Assembly (NCBI GenBank): GCA_046563655.1
Contig: CM102287.1
Location: 992,001-1,056,000, forward strand
Length of the DNA: 64,000 bases
From: Yuukianura sp. NJ FZ-2021
Taxonomy: Eukaryota
Reading direction: 5' to 3'
Shown here: piece after piece, positions 37,301 to 52,300 of the stretch
Position numbering within the stretch: position 1 is the stretch's first letter
How the letters are laid out: each line of letters opens with the position of its first letter
Translations under genes and position numbers: made by a program
The notes under the pieces: model-generated
The model's database searches: none
Told to the model about the DNA's origin: nothing
The model's input: only the letters and a program-made list of their open reading frames with translations

Positions 37301-40300
37301 TCTTAAGTAAAACACAGTAGCAGTTAGAGGTCAAATGTAGCCAACAACGAGTACAAGCATGATATTCAGCTGTCATGACTAGAGATAGAATTTTTTACTT
37401 GTTGGCGTCATGGGGTCGTTCTGTAAAATTTTCTTTTAGTGCAATCGAGAGGTGCCAGGAATCGACATGTGGCGAAAAGTGCGACAACTAGTGTGTTCTT
37501 AAGTAAAACACAGTAGCAGTTAGAGGTCAAATGTAGCCAACAACGAGTACAAGCATGATATTCAGCTGTCATGACTAGAGATAGAAATTTTTACATGTTG
37601 GCGTCATGGGGTCTTTCTGCAAAATTTTCTTTTAGTGCAATCGAGAGGTGCCAGGAATCGACATGTGGCGAAAAGTGCGACAACTAGTGTGTTCTTAAGT
37701 AAAACACAGTAGCAGTTAGAGGTCAAATGTAGCCAACAACGAGTACAAGCATGATATTCAGCTGTCATGACTAGAGATAGAATTTTTTACTTGTTGGCGT
37801 CATGGGGTCGTTCTGTAAAATTTTCTTTTAGTGCAATCGAGAGGTGCCAGGAATCGACATGTGGCGAAAAGTGCGACAACTAGTGTGTTCTTAAGTAAAA
37901 CACAGTAGCAGTTAGAGGTCAAATGTAGCCAACAACGAGTACAAGCATGATATTCAGCTGTCATGACTAGAGATAGAAATTTTTACATGTTGGCGTCATG
38001 GGGTCGTTCTGTAAAATTTTCTTTTAGTGCAATCGAGAGGTGCCAGGAATCGACATGTGGCGAAAAGTGCGACAACTAGTGTGTTCTTAAGTAAAACACA
38101 GTAGCAGTTAGAGGTCAAATGTAGCCAACAACGAGTACAAGCATGATATTCAGCTGTCATGACTAGAGATAGAAATTTTTACATGTTGGCGTCATGGGGT
38201 CTTTCTGCAAAATTTTCTTTTAGTGCAATCGAGAGGTGCCAGGAATCGACATGTGGCGAAAAGTGCGACAACTAGTGTGTTCTTAAGTAAAACACAGTAG
38301 CAGTTAGAGGTCAAATGTAGCCAACAACGAGTACAAGCATGATATTCAGCTGTCATGACTAGAGATAGAATTTTTTACATGTTGGCGTCATGGGGTCGTT
38401 CTGCAAAATTTTCTTTTAGTGCAATCGAGAGGTGCCAGGAATCGACATGTGGCGAAAAGTGCGACAACTAGTGTGTTCTTAAGTAAAACACAGTAGCAGT
38501 TAGAGGTCAAATGTAGCCAACAACGAGTACAAGCATGATATTCAGCTGTCATGACTAGAGATAGAAATTTTTACATGTTGGCGTCATGGGGTCGTTCTGC
38601 AAAATTTTCTTTTAGTGCAATCGAGAGGTGCCAGGAATCGACATGTGGCGAAAAGTGCGACAACTAGTGTGTTCTTAAGTAAAACACAGTAGCAGTTAGA
38701 GGTCAAATGTAGCCAACAACGAGTACAAGCATGATATTCAGCTGTCATGACTAGAGATAGAAATTTTTACATGTTGGCGTCATGGGGTCGTTCTGAAAAA
38801 TTTTCTTTTAGTGCAATCGAGAGGTGCCAGGAATCGACATGTGGCGAAAAGTGCGACAACTAGTGTGTTCTTAAGTAAAACACAGTAGCAGTTAGAGGTC
38901 AAATGTAGCCAACAACGAGTACAAGCATGATATTCAGCTGTCATGACTAGAGATAGAAATTTTTACATGTTGGCGTCATGGGGTCGTTCTGTAAAATTTT
39001 CTTTTAGTGCAATCGAGAGGTGCCAGGAATCGACATGTGGCGAAAAGTGCGACAACTAGTGTGTTCTTAAGTAAAACACAGTAGCAGTTAGAGGTCAAAT
39101 GTAGCCAACAACGAGTACAAGCATGATATTCAGCTGTCATGACTAGAGATAGAATTTTTTACTTGTTGGCGTCATGGGGTCGTTCTGTAAAATTTTCTTT
39201 TAGTGCAATCGAGAGGTGCCAGGAATCGACATGTGGCGAAAAGTGCGACAACTAGTGTGTTCTTAAGTAAAACACAGTAGCAGTTAGAGGTCAAATGTAG
39301 CCAACAACGAGTACAAGCATGATATTCAGCTGTCATGACTAGAGATAGAATTTTTTACATGTTGGCGTCATGGGGTCGTTCTGAAAAATTTTCTTTTAGT
39401 GCAATCGAGAGGTGCCAGGAATCGACATGTGGCGAAAAGTGCGACAACTAGTGTGTTCTTAAGTAAAACACAGTAGCAGTTAGAGGTCAAATGTAGCCAA
39501 CAACGAGTACAAGCATGATATTCAGCTGTCATGACTAGAGATAGAAATTTTTACATGTTGGCGTCATGGGGTCGTTCTGAAAAATTTTCTTTTAGTGCAA
39601 TCGAGAGGTGCCAGGAATCGACATGTGGCGAAAAGTGCGACAACTAGTGTGTTCTTAAGTAAAACACAGTAGCAGTTAGAGGTCAAATGTAGCCAACAAC
39701 GAGTACAAGCATGATATTCAGCTGTCATGACTAGAGATAGAATTTTTTACTTGTTGGCGTCATGGGGTCGTTCTGTAAAATTTTCTTTTAGTGCAATCGA
39801 GAGGTGCCAGGAATCGACATGTGGCGAAAAGTGCGACAACTAGTGTGTTCTTAAGTAAAACACAGTAGCAGTTAGAGGTCAAATGTAGCCAACAACGAGT
39901 ACAAGCATGATATTCAGCTGTCATGACTAGAGATAGAATTTTTTACATGTTGGCGTCACTGGGTCGTTCTGCAAAATTTTCTTTTAGTGCAATCGAGAGG
40001 TGCCAGGAATCGACATGTGGCGAAAAGTGCGACAACTAGTGTGTTCTTAAGTAAAACACAGTAGCAGTTAGAGGTCAAATGTAGCCAACAACGAGTACAA
40101 GCATGATATTCAGCTGTCATGACTAGAGATAGAAATTTTTACATGTTGGCGTCATGGGGTCGTTCTGCAAAATTTTCTTTTAGTGCAATCGAGAGGTGCC
40201 AGGAATCGACATGTGGCGAAAAGTGCGACAACTAGTGTGTTCTTAAGTAAAACACAGTAGCAGTTAGAGGTCAAATGTAGCCAACAACGAGTACAAGCAT

Positions 40301-43300
40301 GATATTCAGCTGTCATGACTAGAGATAGAATTTTTTACTTGTTGGCGTCATGGGGTCGTTCTGTAAAATTTTCTTTTAGTGCAATCGAGAGGTGCCAGGA
40401 ATCGACATGTGGCGAAAAGTGCGACAACTAGTGTGTTCTTAAGTAAAACACAGTAGCAGTTAGAGGTCAAATGTAGCCAACAACGAGTACAAGCATGATA
40501 TTCAGCTGTCATGACTAGAGATAGAAATTTTTACATGTTGGCGTCATGGGGTCTTTCTGCAAAATTTTCTTTTAGTGCAATCGAGAGGTGCCAGGAATCG
40601 ACATGTGGCGAAAAGTGCGACAACTAGTGTGTTCTTAAGTAAAACACAGTAGCAGTTAGAGGTCAAATGTAGCCAACAACGAGTACAAGCATGATATTCA
40701 GCTGTCATGACTAGAGATAGAATTTTTTACTTGTTGGCGTCATGGGGTCGTTCTGTAAAATTTTCTTTTAGTGCAATCGAGAGGTGCCAGGAATCGACAT
40801 GTGGCGAAAAGTGCGACAACTAGTGTGTTCTTAAGTAAAACACAGTAGCAGTTAGAGGTCAAATGTAGCCAACAACGAGTACAAGCATGATATTCAGCTG
40901 TCATGACTAGAGATAGAATTTTTTACATGTTGGCGTCATGGGGTCGTTCTGTAAAATTTTCTTTTAGTGCAATCGAGAGGTGCCAGGAATCGACATGTGG
41001 CGAAAAGTGCGACAACTAGTGTGTTCTTAAGTAAAACACAGTAGCAGTTAGAGGTCAAATGTAGCCAACAACGAGTACAAGCATGATATTCAGCTGTCAT
41101 GACTAGAGATAGAATTTTTTACATGTTGGCGTCATGGGGTCTTTCTGCAAAATTTTCTTTTAGTGCAATCGAGAGGTGCCAGGAATCGACATGTGGCGAA
41201 AAGTGCGACAACTAGTGTGTTCTTAAGTAAAACACAGTAGCAGTTAGAGGTCAAATGTAGCCAACAACGAGTACAAGCATGATATTCAGCTGTCATGACT
41301 AGAGATAGAATTTTTTACATGTTGGCGTCATGGGGTCGTTCTGCAAAATTTTCTTTTAGTGCAATCGAGAGGTGCCAGGAATCGACATGTGGCGAAAAGT
41401 GCGACAACTAGTGTGTTCTTAAGTAAAACACAGTAGCAGTTAGAGGTCAAATGTAGCCAACAACGAGTACAAGCATGATATTCAGCTGTCATGACTAGAG
41501 ATAGAAATTTTTACATGTTGGCGTCATGGGGTCGTTCTGCAAAATTTTCTTTTAGTGCAATCGAGAGGTGCCAGGAATCGACATGTGGCGAAAAGTGCGA
41601 CAACTAGTGTGTTCTTAAGTAAAACACAGTAGCAGTTAGAGGTCAAATGTAGCCAACAACGAGTACAAGCATGATATTCAGCTGTCATGACTAGAGATAG
41701 AAATTTTTACATGTTGGCGTCATGGGGTCGTTCTGTAAAATTTTCTTTTAGTGCAATCGAGAGGTGCCAGGAATCGACATGTGGCGAAAAGTGCGACAAC
41801 TAGTGTGTTCTTAAGTAAAACACAGTAGCAGTTAGAGGTCAAATGTAGCCAACAACGAGTACAAGCATGATATTCAGCTGTCATGACTAGAGATAGAATT
41901 TTTTACATGTTGGCGTCATGGGGTCGTTCTGTAAAATTTTCTTTTAGTGCAATCGAGAGGTGCCAGGAATCGACATGTGGCGAAAAGTGCGACAACTAGT
42001 GTGTTCTTAAGTAAAACACAGTAGCAGTTAGAGGTCAAATGTAGCCAACAACGAGTACAAGCATGATATTCAGCTGTCATGACTAGAGATAGAATTTTTT
42101 ACATGTTGGCGTCATGGGGTCTTTCTGCAAAATTTTCTTTTAGTGCAATCGAGAGGTGCCAGGAATCGACATGTGGCGAAAAGTGCGACAACTAGTGTGT
42201 TCTTAAGTAAAACACAGTAGCAGTTAGAGGTCAAATGTAGCCAACAACGAGTACAAGCATGATATTCAGCTGTCATGACTAGAGATAGAATTTTTTACTT
42301 GTTGGCGTCATGGGGTCGTTCTGTAAAATTTTCTTTTAGTGCAATCGAGAGGTGCCAGGAATCGACATGTGGCGAAAAGTGCGACAACTAGTGTGTTCTT
42401 AAGTAAAACACAGTAGCAGTTAGAGGTCAAATGTAGCCAACAACGAGTACAAGCATGATATTCAGCTGTCATGACTAGAGATAGAAATTTTTACATGTTG
42501 GCGTCATGGGGTCGTTCTGCAAAATTTTCTTTTAGTGCAATCGAGAGGTGCCAGGAATCGACATGTGGCGAAAAGTGCGACAACTAGTGTGTTCTTAAGT
42601 AAAACACAGTAGCAGTTAGAGGTCAAATGTAGCCAACAACGAGTACAAGCATGATATTCAGCTGTCATGACTAGAGATAGAATTTTTTACATGTTGGCGT
42701 CATGGGATCGTTCTGCAAAATTTTCTTTTAGTGCAATCGAGAGGTGCCAGGAATCGACATGTGGCGAAAAGTGCGACAACTAGTGTGTTCTTAAGTAAAA
42801 CACAGTAGCAGTTAGAGGTCAAATGTAGCCAACAACGAGTACAAGCATGATATTCAGCTGTCATGACTAGAGATAGAATTTTTTACTTGTTGGCGTCATG
42901 GGGTCGTTCTGTAAAATTTTCTTTTAGTGCAATCGAGAGGTGCCAGGAATCGACATGTGGCGAAAAGTGCGACAACTAGTGTGTTCTTAAGTAAAACACA
43001 GTAGCAGTTAGAGGTCAAATGTAGCCAACAACGAGTACAAGCATGATATTCAGCTGTCATGACTAGAGATAGAATTTTTTACATGTTGGCGTCATGGGGT
43101 CGTTCTGCAAAATTTTCTTTTAGTGCAATCGAGAGGTGCCAGGAATCGACATGTGGCGAAAAGTGCGACAACTAGTGTGTTCTTAAGTAAAACACAGTAG
43201 CAGTTAGAGGTCAAATGTAGCCAACAACGAGTACAAGCATGATATTCAGCTGTCATGACTAGAGATAGAAATTTTTACATGTTGGCGTCATGGGGTCGTT

Positions 43301-46300
43301 CTGCAAAATTTTCTTTTAGTGCAATCGAGAGGTGCCAGGAATCGACATGTGGCGAAAAGTGCGACAACTAGTGTGTTCTTAAGTAAAACACAGTAGCAGT
43401 TAGAGGTCAAATGTAGCCAACAACGAGTACAAGCATGATATTCAGCTGTCATGACTAGAGATAGAAACTTTACATGTTGGCGTCATGGGGTCGTTCTGTA
43501 AAATTTCCTTTTAGTGTAATCGAGAGGTGCCAGGAATCGACATGTGGCGAAAAGTGCGACAACTAGTGTGTTCTTAAGTAAAACACAGTAGCAGTTAGAG
43601 GTCAAATGTAGCCAACAACGAGTACAAGCATGATATTCAGCTGTCATGACTAGAGATAGAAATTTTTACATGTTGGCGTCATGGGGTCGTTCTGTAAAAT
43701 TTTCTTTTAGTGCAATCGAGAGGTGCCAGGAATCGACATGTGGCGAAAAGTGCGACAACTAGTGTGTTCTTAAGTAAAACACAGTAGCAGTTAGAGGTCA
43801 AATGTAGCCAACAACGAGTACAAGCATGATATTCAGCTGTCATGACTAGAGATAGAAATTTTTACATGTTGGCGTCATGGGGTCGTTCTGCAAAATTTTC
43901 TTTTAGTGCAATCGAGAGGTGCCAGGAATCGACATGTGGCGAAAAGTGCGACAACTAGTGTGTTCTTAAGTAAAACACAGTAGCAGTTAGAGGTCAAATG
44001 TAGCCAACAACGAGTACAAGCATGATATTCAGCTGTCATGACTAGAGATAGAATTTTTTACTTGTTGGCGTCATGGGGTCGTTCTGTAAAATTTTCTTTT
44101 AGTGCAATCGAGAGGTGCCAGGAATCGACATGTGGCGAAAAGTGCGACAACTAGTGTGTTCTTAAGTAAAACACAGTAGCAGTTAGAGGTCAAATGTAGC
44201 CAACAACGAGTACAAGCATGATATTCAGCTGTCATGACTAGAGATAGAAATTTTTACATGTTGGCGTCATGGGGTCGTTCTGTAAAATTTTCTTTTAGTG
44301 CAATCGAGAGGTGCCAGGAATCGACATGTGGCGAAAAGTGCGACAACTAGTGTGTTCTTAAGTAAAACACAGTAGCAGTTAGAGGTCAAATGTAGCCAAC
44401 AACGAGTACAAGCATGATATTCAGCTGTCATGACTAGAGATAGAATTTTTTACTTGTTGGCGTCATGGGGTCGTTCTGTAAAATTTTCTTTTAGTGCAAT
44501 CGAGAGGTGCCAGGAATCGACATGTGGCGAAAAGTGCGACAACTAGTGTGTTCTTAAGTAAAACACAGTAGCAGTTAGAGGTCAAATGTAGCCAACAACG
44601 AGTACAAGCATGATATTCAGCTGTCATGACTAGAGATAGAAATTTTTACATGTTGGCGTCACGGGGTCGTTCTGCAAAATTTTCTTTTAGTGCAATCGAG
44701 AGGTGCCAGGAATCGACATGTGGCGAAAAGTGCGACAACTAGTGTGTTCTTAAGTAAAACACAGTAGCAGTTAGAGGTCAAATGTAGCCAACAACGAGTA
44801 CAAGCATGATATTCAGCTGTCATGACTAGAGATAGAATTTTTTACATGTTGGCGTCATGGGGTCTTTCTGCAAAATTTTCTTTTAGTGCAATCGAGAGGT
44901 GCCAGGAATCGACATGTGGCGAAAAGTGCGACAACTAGTGTGTTCTTAAGTAAAACACAGTAGCAGTTAGAGGTCAAATGTAGCCAACAACGAGTACAAG
45001 CATGATATTCAGCTGTCATGACTAGAGATAGAATTTTTTACTTGTTGGCGTCATGGGGTCGTTCTGTAAAATTTTCTTTTAGTGCAATCGAGAGGTGCCA
45101 GGAATCGACATGTGGCGAAAAGTGCGACAACTAGTGTGTTCTTAAGTAAAACACAGTAGCAGTTAGAGGTCAAATGTAGCCAACAACGAGTACAAGCATG
45201 ATATTCAGCTGTCATGACTAGAGATAGAATTTTTTACATGTTGGCGTCATGGGATCGTTCTGCAAAATTTTCTTTTAGTGCAATCGAGAGGTGCCAGGAA
45301 TCGACATGTGGCGAAAAGTGCGACAACTAGTGTGTTCTTAAGTAAAACACAGTAGCAGTTAGAGGTCAAATGTAGCCAACAACGAGTACAAGCATGATAT
45401 TCAGCTGTCATGACTAGAGATAGAAATTTTTACATGTTGGCGTCATGGGGTCTTTCTGCAAAATTTTCTTTTAGTGCAATCGAGAGGTGCCAGGAATCGA
45501 CATGTGGCGAAAAGTGCGACAACTAGTGTGTTCTTAAGTAAAACACAGTAGCAGTTAGAGGTCAAATGTAGCCAACAACGAGTACAAGCATGATATTCAG
45601 CTGTCATGACTAGAGATAGAATTTTTTACTTGTTGGCGTCATGGGGTCGTTCTGTAAAATTTTCTTTTAGTGCAATCGAGAGGTGCCAGGAATCGACATG
45701 TGGCGAAAAGTGCGACAACTAGTGTGTTCTTAAGTAAAACACAGTAGCAGTTAGAGGTCAAATGTAGCCAACAACGAGTACAAGCATGATATTCAGCTGT
45801 CATGACTAGAGATAGAATTTTTTACATGTTGGCGTCATGGGGTCGTTCTGCAAAATTTTCTTTTAGTGCAATCGAGAGGTGCCAGGAATCGACATGTGGC
45901 GAAAAGTGCGACAACTAGTGTGTTCTTAAGTAAAACACAGTAGCAGTTAGAGGTCAAATGTAGCCAACAACGAGTACAAGCATGATATTCAGCTGTCATG
46001 ACTAGAGATAGAATTTTTTACTTGTTGGCGTCATGGGGTCGTTCTGTAAAATTTTCTTTTAGTGCAATCGAGAGGTGCCAGGAATCGACATGTGGCGAAA
46101 AGTGCGACAACTAGTGTGTTCTTAAGTAAAACACAGTAGCAGTTAGAGGTCAAATGTAGCCAACAACGAGTACAAGCATGATATTCAGCTGTCATGACTA
46201 GAGATAGAATTTTTTACATGTTGGCGTCATGGGGTCGTTCTGTAAAATTTTCTTTTAGTGCAATCGAGAGGTGCCAGGAATCGACATGTGGCGAAAAGTG

Positions 46301-49300
46301 CGACAACTAGTGTGTTCTTAAGTAAAACACAGTAGCAGTTAGAGGTCAAATGTAGCCAACAACGAGTACAAGCATGATATTCAGCTGTCATGACTAGAGA
46401 TAGAAATTTTTACATGTTGGCGTCATGGGGTCGTTCTGAAAAATTTTCTTTTAGTGCAATCGAGAGGTGCCAGGAATCGACATGTGGCGAAAAGTGCGAC
46501 AACTAGTGTGTTCTTAAGTAAAACACAGTAGCAGTTAGAGGTCAAATGTAGCCAACAACGAGTACAAGCATGATATTCAGCTGTCATGACTAGAGATAGA
46601 ATTTTTTACTTGTTGGCGTCATGGGGTCGTTCTGTAAAATTTTCTTTTAGTGCAATCGAGAGGTGCCAGGAATCGACATGTGGCGAAAAGTGCGACAACT
46701 AGTGTGTTCTTAAGTAAAACACAGTAGCAGTTAGAGGTCAAATGTAGCCAACAACGAGTACAAGCATGATATTCAGCTGTCATGACTAGAGATAGAATTT
46801 TTACTTGTTGGCGTCATGGGGTCGTTCTGTAAAATTTTCTTTTAGTGCAATCGAGAGGTGCCAGGAATCGACATGTGGCGAAAAGTGCGACAACTAGTGT
46901 GTTCTTAAGTAAAACACAGTAGCAGTTAGAGGTCAAATGTAGCCAACAACGAGTACAAGCATGATATTCAGCTGTCATGACTAGAGATAGAAATTTTTAC
47001 ATGTTGGCGTCATGGGGTCGTTCTGTAAAATTTTCTTTTAGTGCAATCGAGAGGTGCCAGGAATCGACATGTGGCGAAAAGTGCGACAACTAGTGTGTTC
47101 TTAAGTAAAACACAGTAGCAGTTAGAGGTCAAATGTAGCCAACAACGAGTACAAGCATGATATTCAGCTGTCATGACTAGAGATAGAATTTTTTACATGT
47201 TGGCGTCATGGGGTCTTTCTGCAAAATTTTCTTTTAGTGCAATCGAGAGGTGCCAGGAATCGACATGTGGCGAAAAGTGCGACAACTAGTGTGTTCTTAA
47301 GTAAAACACAGTAGCAGTTAGAGGTCAAATGTAGCCAACAACGAGTACAAGCATGATATTCAGCTGTCATGACTAGAGATAGAAATTTTTACATGTTGGC
47401 GTCATGGGGTCGTTCTGTAAAATTTTCTTTTAGTGCAATCGAGAGGTGCCAGGAATCGACATGTGGCGAAAAGTGCGACAACTAGTGTGTTCTTAAGTAA
47501 AACACAGTAGCAGTTAGAGGTCAAATGTAGCCAACAACGAGTACAAGCATGATATTCAGCTGTCATGACTAGAGATAGAATTTTTTACATGTTGGCGTCA
47601 TGGGGTCGTTCTGCAAAATTTTCTTTTAGTGCAATCGAGAGGTGCCAGGAATCGACATGTGGCGAAAAGTGCGACAACTAGTGTGTTCTTAAGTAAAACA
47701 CAGTAGCAGTTAGAGGTCAAATGTAGCCAACAACGAGTACAAGCATGATATTCAGCTGTCATGACTAGAGATAGAATTTTTTACTTGTTGGCGTCATGGG
47801 GTCGTTCTGTAAAATTTTCTTTTAGTGCAATCGAGAGGTGCCAGGAATCGACATGTGGCGAAAAGTGCGACAACTAGTGTGTTCTTAAGTAAAACACAGT
47901 AGCAGTTAGAGGTCAAATGTAGCCAACAACGAGTACAAGCATGATATTCAGCTGTCATGACTAGAGATAGAATTTTTTACATGTTGGCGTCACTGGGTCG
48001 TTCTGCAAAATTTTCTTTTAGTGCAATCGAGAGGTGCCAGGAATCGACATGTGGCGAAAAGTGCGACAACTAGTGTGTTCTTAAGTAAAACACAGTAGCA
48101 GTTAGAGGTCAAATGTAGCCAACAACGAGTACAAGCATGATATTCAGCTGTCATGACTAGAGATAGAATTTTTTACTTGTTGGCGTCATGGGGTCGTTCT
48201 GTAAAATTTTCTTTTAGTGCAATCGAGAGGTGCCAGGAATCGACATGTGGCGAAAAGTGCGACAACTAGTGTGTTCTTAAGTAAAACACAGTAGCAGTTA
48301 GAGGTCAAATGTAGCCAACAACGAGTACAAGCATGATATTCAGCTGTCATGACTAGAGATAGAATTTTTTACTTGTTGGCGTCATGGGGTCGTTCTGTAA
48401 AATTTTCTTTTAGTGCAATCGAGAGGTGCCAGGAATCGACATGTGGCGAAAAGTGCGACAACTAGTGTGTTCTTAAGTAAAACACAGTAGCAGTTAGAGG
48501 TCAAATGTAGCCAACAACGAGTACAAGCATGATATTCAGCTGTCATGACTAGAGATAGAATTTTTTACATGTTGGCGTCATGGGGTCTTTCTGCAAAATT
48601 TTCTTTTAGTGCAATCGAGAGGTGCCAGGAATCGACATGTGGCGAAAAGTGCGACAACTAGTGTGTTCTTAAGTAAAACACAGTAGCAGTTAGAGGTCAA
48701 ATGTAGCCAACAACGAGTACAAGCATGATATTCAGCTGTCATGACTAGAGATAGAAATTTTTACATGTTGGCGTCATGGGGTCGTTCTGTAAAATTTTCT
48801 TTTAGTGCAATCGAGAGGTGCCAGGAATCGACATGTGGCGAAAAGTGCGACAACTAGTGTGTTCTTAAGTAAAACACAGTAGCAGTTAGAGGTCAAATGT
48901 AGCCAACAACGAGTACAAGCATGATATTCAGCTGTCATGACTAGAGATAGAATTTTTTACATGTTGGCGTCATGGGGTCTTTCTGCAAAATTTTCTTTTA
49001 GTGCAATCGAGAGGTGCCAGGAATCGACATGTGGCGAAAAGTGCGACAACTAGTGTGTTCTTAAGTAAAACACAGTAGCAGTTAGAGGTCAAATGTAGCC
49101 AACAACGAGTACAAGCATGATATTCAGCTGTCATGACTAGAGATAGAATTTTTTACTTGTTGGCGTCATGGGGTCGTTCTGTAAAATTTTCTTTTAGTGC
49201 AATCGAGAGGTGCCAGGAATCGACATGTGGCGAAAAGTGCGACAACTAGTGTGTTCTTAAGTAAAACACAGTAGCAGTTAGAGGTCAAATGTAGCCAACA

Positions 49301-52300
49301 ACGAGTACAAGCATGATATTCAGCTGTCATGACTAGAGATAGAATTTTTTACATGTTGGCGTCATGGGGTCGTTCTGTAAAATTTTCTTTTAGTGCAATC
49401 GAGAGGTGCCAGGAATCGACATGTGGCGAAAAGTGCGACAACTAGTGTGTTCTTAAGTAAAACACAGTAGCAGTTAGAGGTCAAATGTAGCCAACAACGA
49501 GTACAAGCATGATATTCAGCTGTCATGACTAGAGATAGAATTTTTACATGTTGGCGTCACGGGGTCGTTCTGCAAAATTTTCTTTTAGTGCAATCGAGAG
49601 GTGCCAGGAATCGACATGTGGCGAAAAGTGCGACAACTAGTGTGTTCTTAAGTAAAACACAGTAGCAGTTAGAGGTCAAATGTAGCCAACAACGAGTACA
49701 AGCATAATATTGTCATGGGGTGCGTTCTGTAAAATTTTCTTTTAGTGCAATCGAGAGGTGCCAGGAATCGACATGTGGCGAAAAGTGCGACAACTAGTGT
49801 GTTCTTAAGTAAAACACAGTAGCAGTTAGAGGTCAAATGTAGCCAACAACGAGTACAAGCATGATATTCAGCTGTCATGACTAGAGATAGAATTTTTTAC
49901 TTGTTGGCGTCATGGGGTCGTTCTGTAAAATTTTCTTTTAGTGCAATCGAGAGGTGCCAGGAATCGACATGTGGCGAAAAGTGCGACAACTAGTGTGTTC
50001 TTAAGTAAAACACAGTAGCAGTTAGAGGTCAAATGTAGCCAACAACGAGTACAAGCATGATATTCAGCTGTCATGACTAGAGATAGAATTTTTTACTTGT
50101 TGGCGTCATGGGGTCGTTCTGTAAAATTTTCTTTTAGTGCAATCGAGAGGTGCCAGGAATCGACATGTGGCGAAAAGTGCGACAACTAGTGTGTTCTTAA
50201 GTAAAACACAGTAGCAGTTAGAGGTCAAATGTAGCCAACAACGAGTACAAGCATGATATTCAGCTGTCATGACTAGAGATAGAATTTTTTACATGTTGGC
50301 GTCATGGGGTCGTTCTGTAAAATTTTCTTTTAGTGCAATCGAGAGGTGCCAGGAATCGACATGTGGCGAAAAGTGCGACAACTAGTGTGTTCTTAAGTAA
50401 AACACAGTAGCAGTTAGAGGTCAAATGTAGCCAACAACGAGTACAAGCATGATATTCAGCTGTCATGACTAGAGATAGAATTTTTTACATGTTGGCGTCA
50501 CGGGGTCGTTCTGCAAAATTTTCTTTTAGTGCAATCGAGAGGTGCCAGGAATCGACATGTGGCGAAAAGTGCGACAACTAGTGTGTTCTTAAGTAAAACA
50601 CAGTAGCAGTTAGAGGTCAAATGTAGCCAACAACGAGTACAAGCATGATATTCAGCTGTCATGACTAGAGATAGAATTTTTTACTTGTTGGCGTCATGGG
50701 GTCGTTCTGTAAAATTTTCTTTTAGTGCAATCGAGAGGTGCCAGGAATCGACATGTGGCGAAAAGTGCGACAACTAGTGTGTTCTTAAGTAAAACACAGT
50801 AGCAGTTTGAGGTCAATTGTAGCCAACAACGAGTACAAGCATGATATTCAGCTGTCATGACTAGAGATAGAATTTTTTACTTGTTGGCGTCATGGGGTCG
50901 TTCTGTAAAATTTTCTTTTAGTGCAATCGAGAGGTGCCAGGAATCGACATGTGGCGAAAAGTGCGACAACTAGTGTGTTCTTAAGTAAAACACAGTAGCA
51001 GTTAGAGGTCAAATGTAGCCAACAACGAGTACAAGCATGATATTCAGCTGTCATGACTAGAGATAGAATTTTTTACATGTTGGCGTCATGGGGTCGTTCT
51101 GTAAAATTTTCTTTTAGTGCAATCGAGAGGTGCCAGGAATCGACATGTGGCGAAAAGTGCGACAACTAGTGTGTTCTTAAGTAAAACACAGTAGCAGTTA
51201 GAGGTCAAATGTAGCCAACAACGAGTACAAGCATGATATTCAGCTGTCATGACTAGAGATAGAATTTTTTGCATGTTGGCGTCATGGGGTCTTTCTGCAA
51301 AATTTTCTTTTAGTGCAATCGAGAGGTGCCAGGAATCGACATGTGGCGAAAAGTGCGACAACTAGTGTGTTCTTAAGTAAAACACAGTAGCAGTTAGAGG
51401 TCAAATGTAGCCAACAACGAGTACAAGCATGATATTCAGCTGTCATGACTAGAGATAGAATTTTTTACATGTTGGCGTCATGGGGTCTTTCTGCAAAATT
51501 TTCTTTTAGTGCAATCGAGAGGTGCCAGGAATCGACATGTGGCGAAAAGTGCGACAACTAGTGTGTTCTTAAGTAAAACACAGTAGCAGTTAGAGGTCAA
51601 ATGTAGCCAACAACGAGTACAAGCATGATATTCAGCTGTCATGACTAGAGATAGAATTTTTTACTTGTTGGCGTCATGGGGTCGTTCTGTAAAATTTTCT
51701 TTTAGTGCAATCGAGAGGTGCCAGGAATCGACATGTGGCGAAAAGTGCGACAACTAGTGTGTTCTTAAGTAAAACACAGTAGCAGTTAGAGGTCAAATGT
51801 AGCCAACAACGAGTACAAGCATGATATTCAGCTGTCATGACTAGAGATAGAATTTTTTACATGTTGGCGTCATGGGGTCGTTCTGTAAAATTTTCTTTTA
51901 GTGCAATCGAGAGGTGCCAGGAATCGACATGTGGCGAAAAGTGCGACAACTAGTGTGTTCTTAAGTAAAACACAGTAGCAGTTAGAGGTCAAATGTAGCC
52001 AACAACGAGTACAAGCATGATATTCAGCTGTCATGACTAGAGATAGAATTTTTTACATGTTGGCGTCATGGGGTCGTTCTGCAAAATTTTCTTTTAGTGC
52101 AATCGAGAGGTGCCAGGAATCGACATGTGGCGAAAAGTGCGACAACTAGTGTGTTCTTAAGTAAAACACAGTAGCAGTTAGAGGTCAAATGTAGCCAACA
52201 ACGAGTACAAGCATGATATTCAGCTGTCATGACTAGAGATAGAATTTTTTACTTGTTGGCGTCATGGGGTCGTTCTGTAAAATTTTCTTTTAGTGCAATC

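Noticed and set aside
28991..51361. Repeated 69-91-aa minus-strand ORFs in the array (MSHFSPHVDSW...)
   Set aside because: They open only where a rare variant removes a stop; 196 is not a multiple of 3; no recognisable domain.
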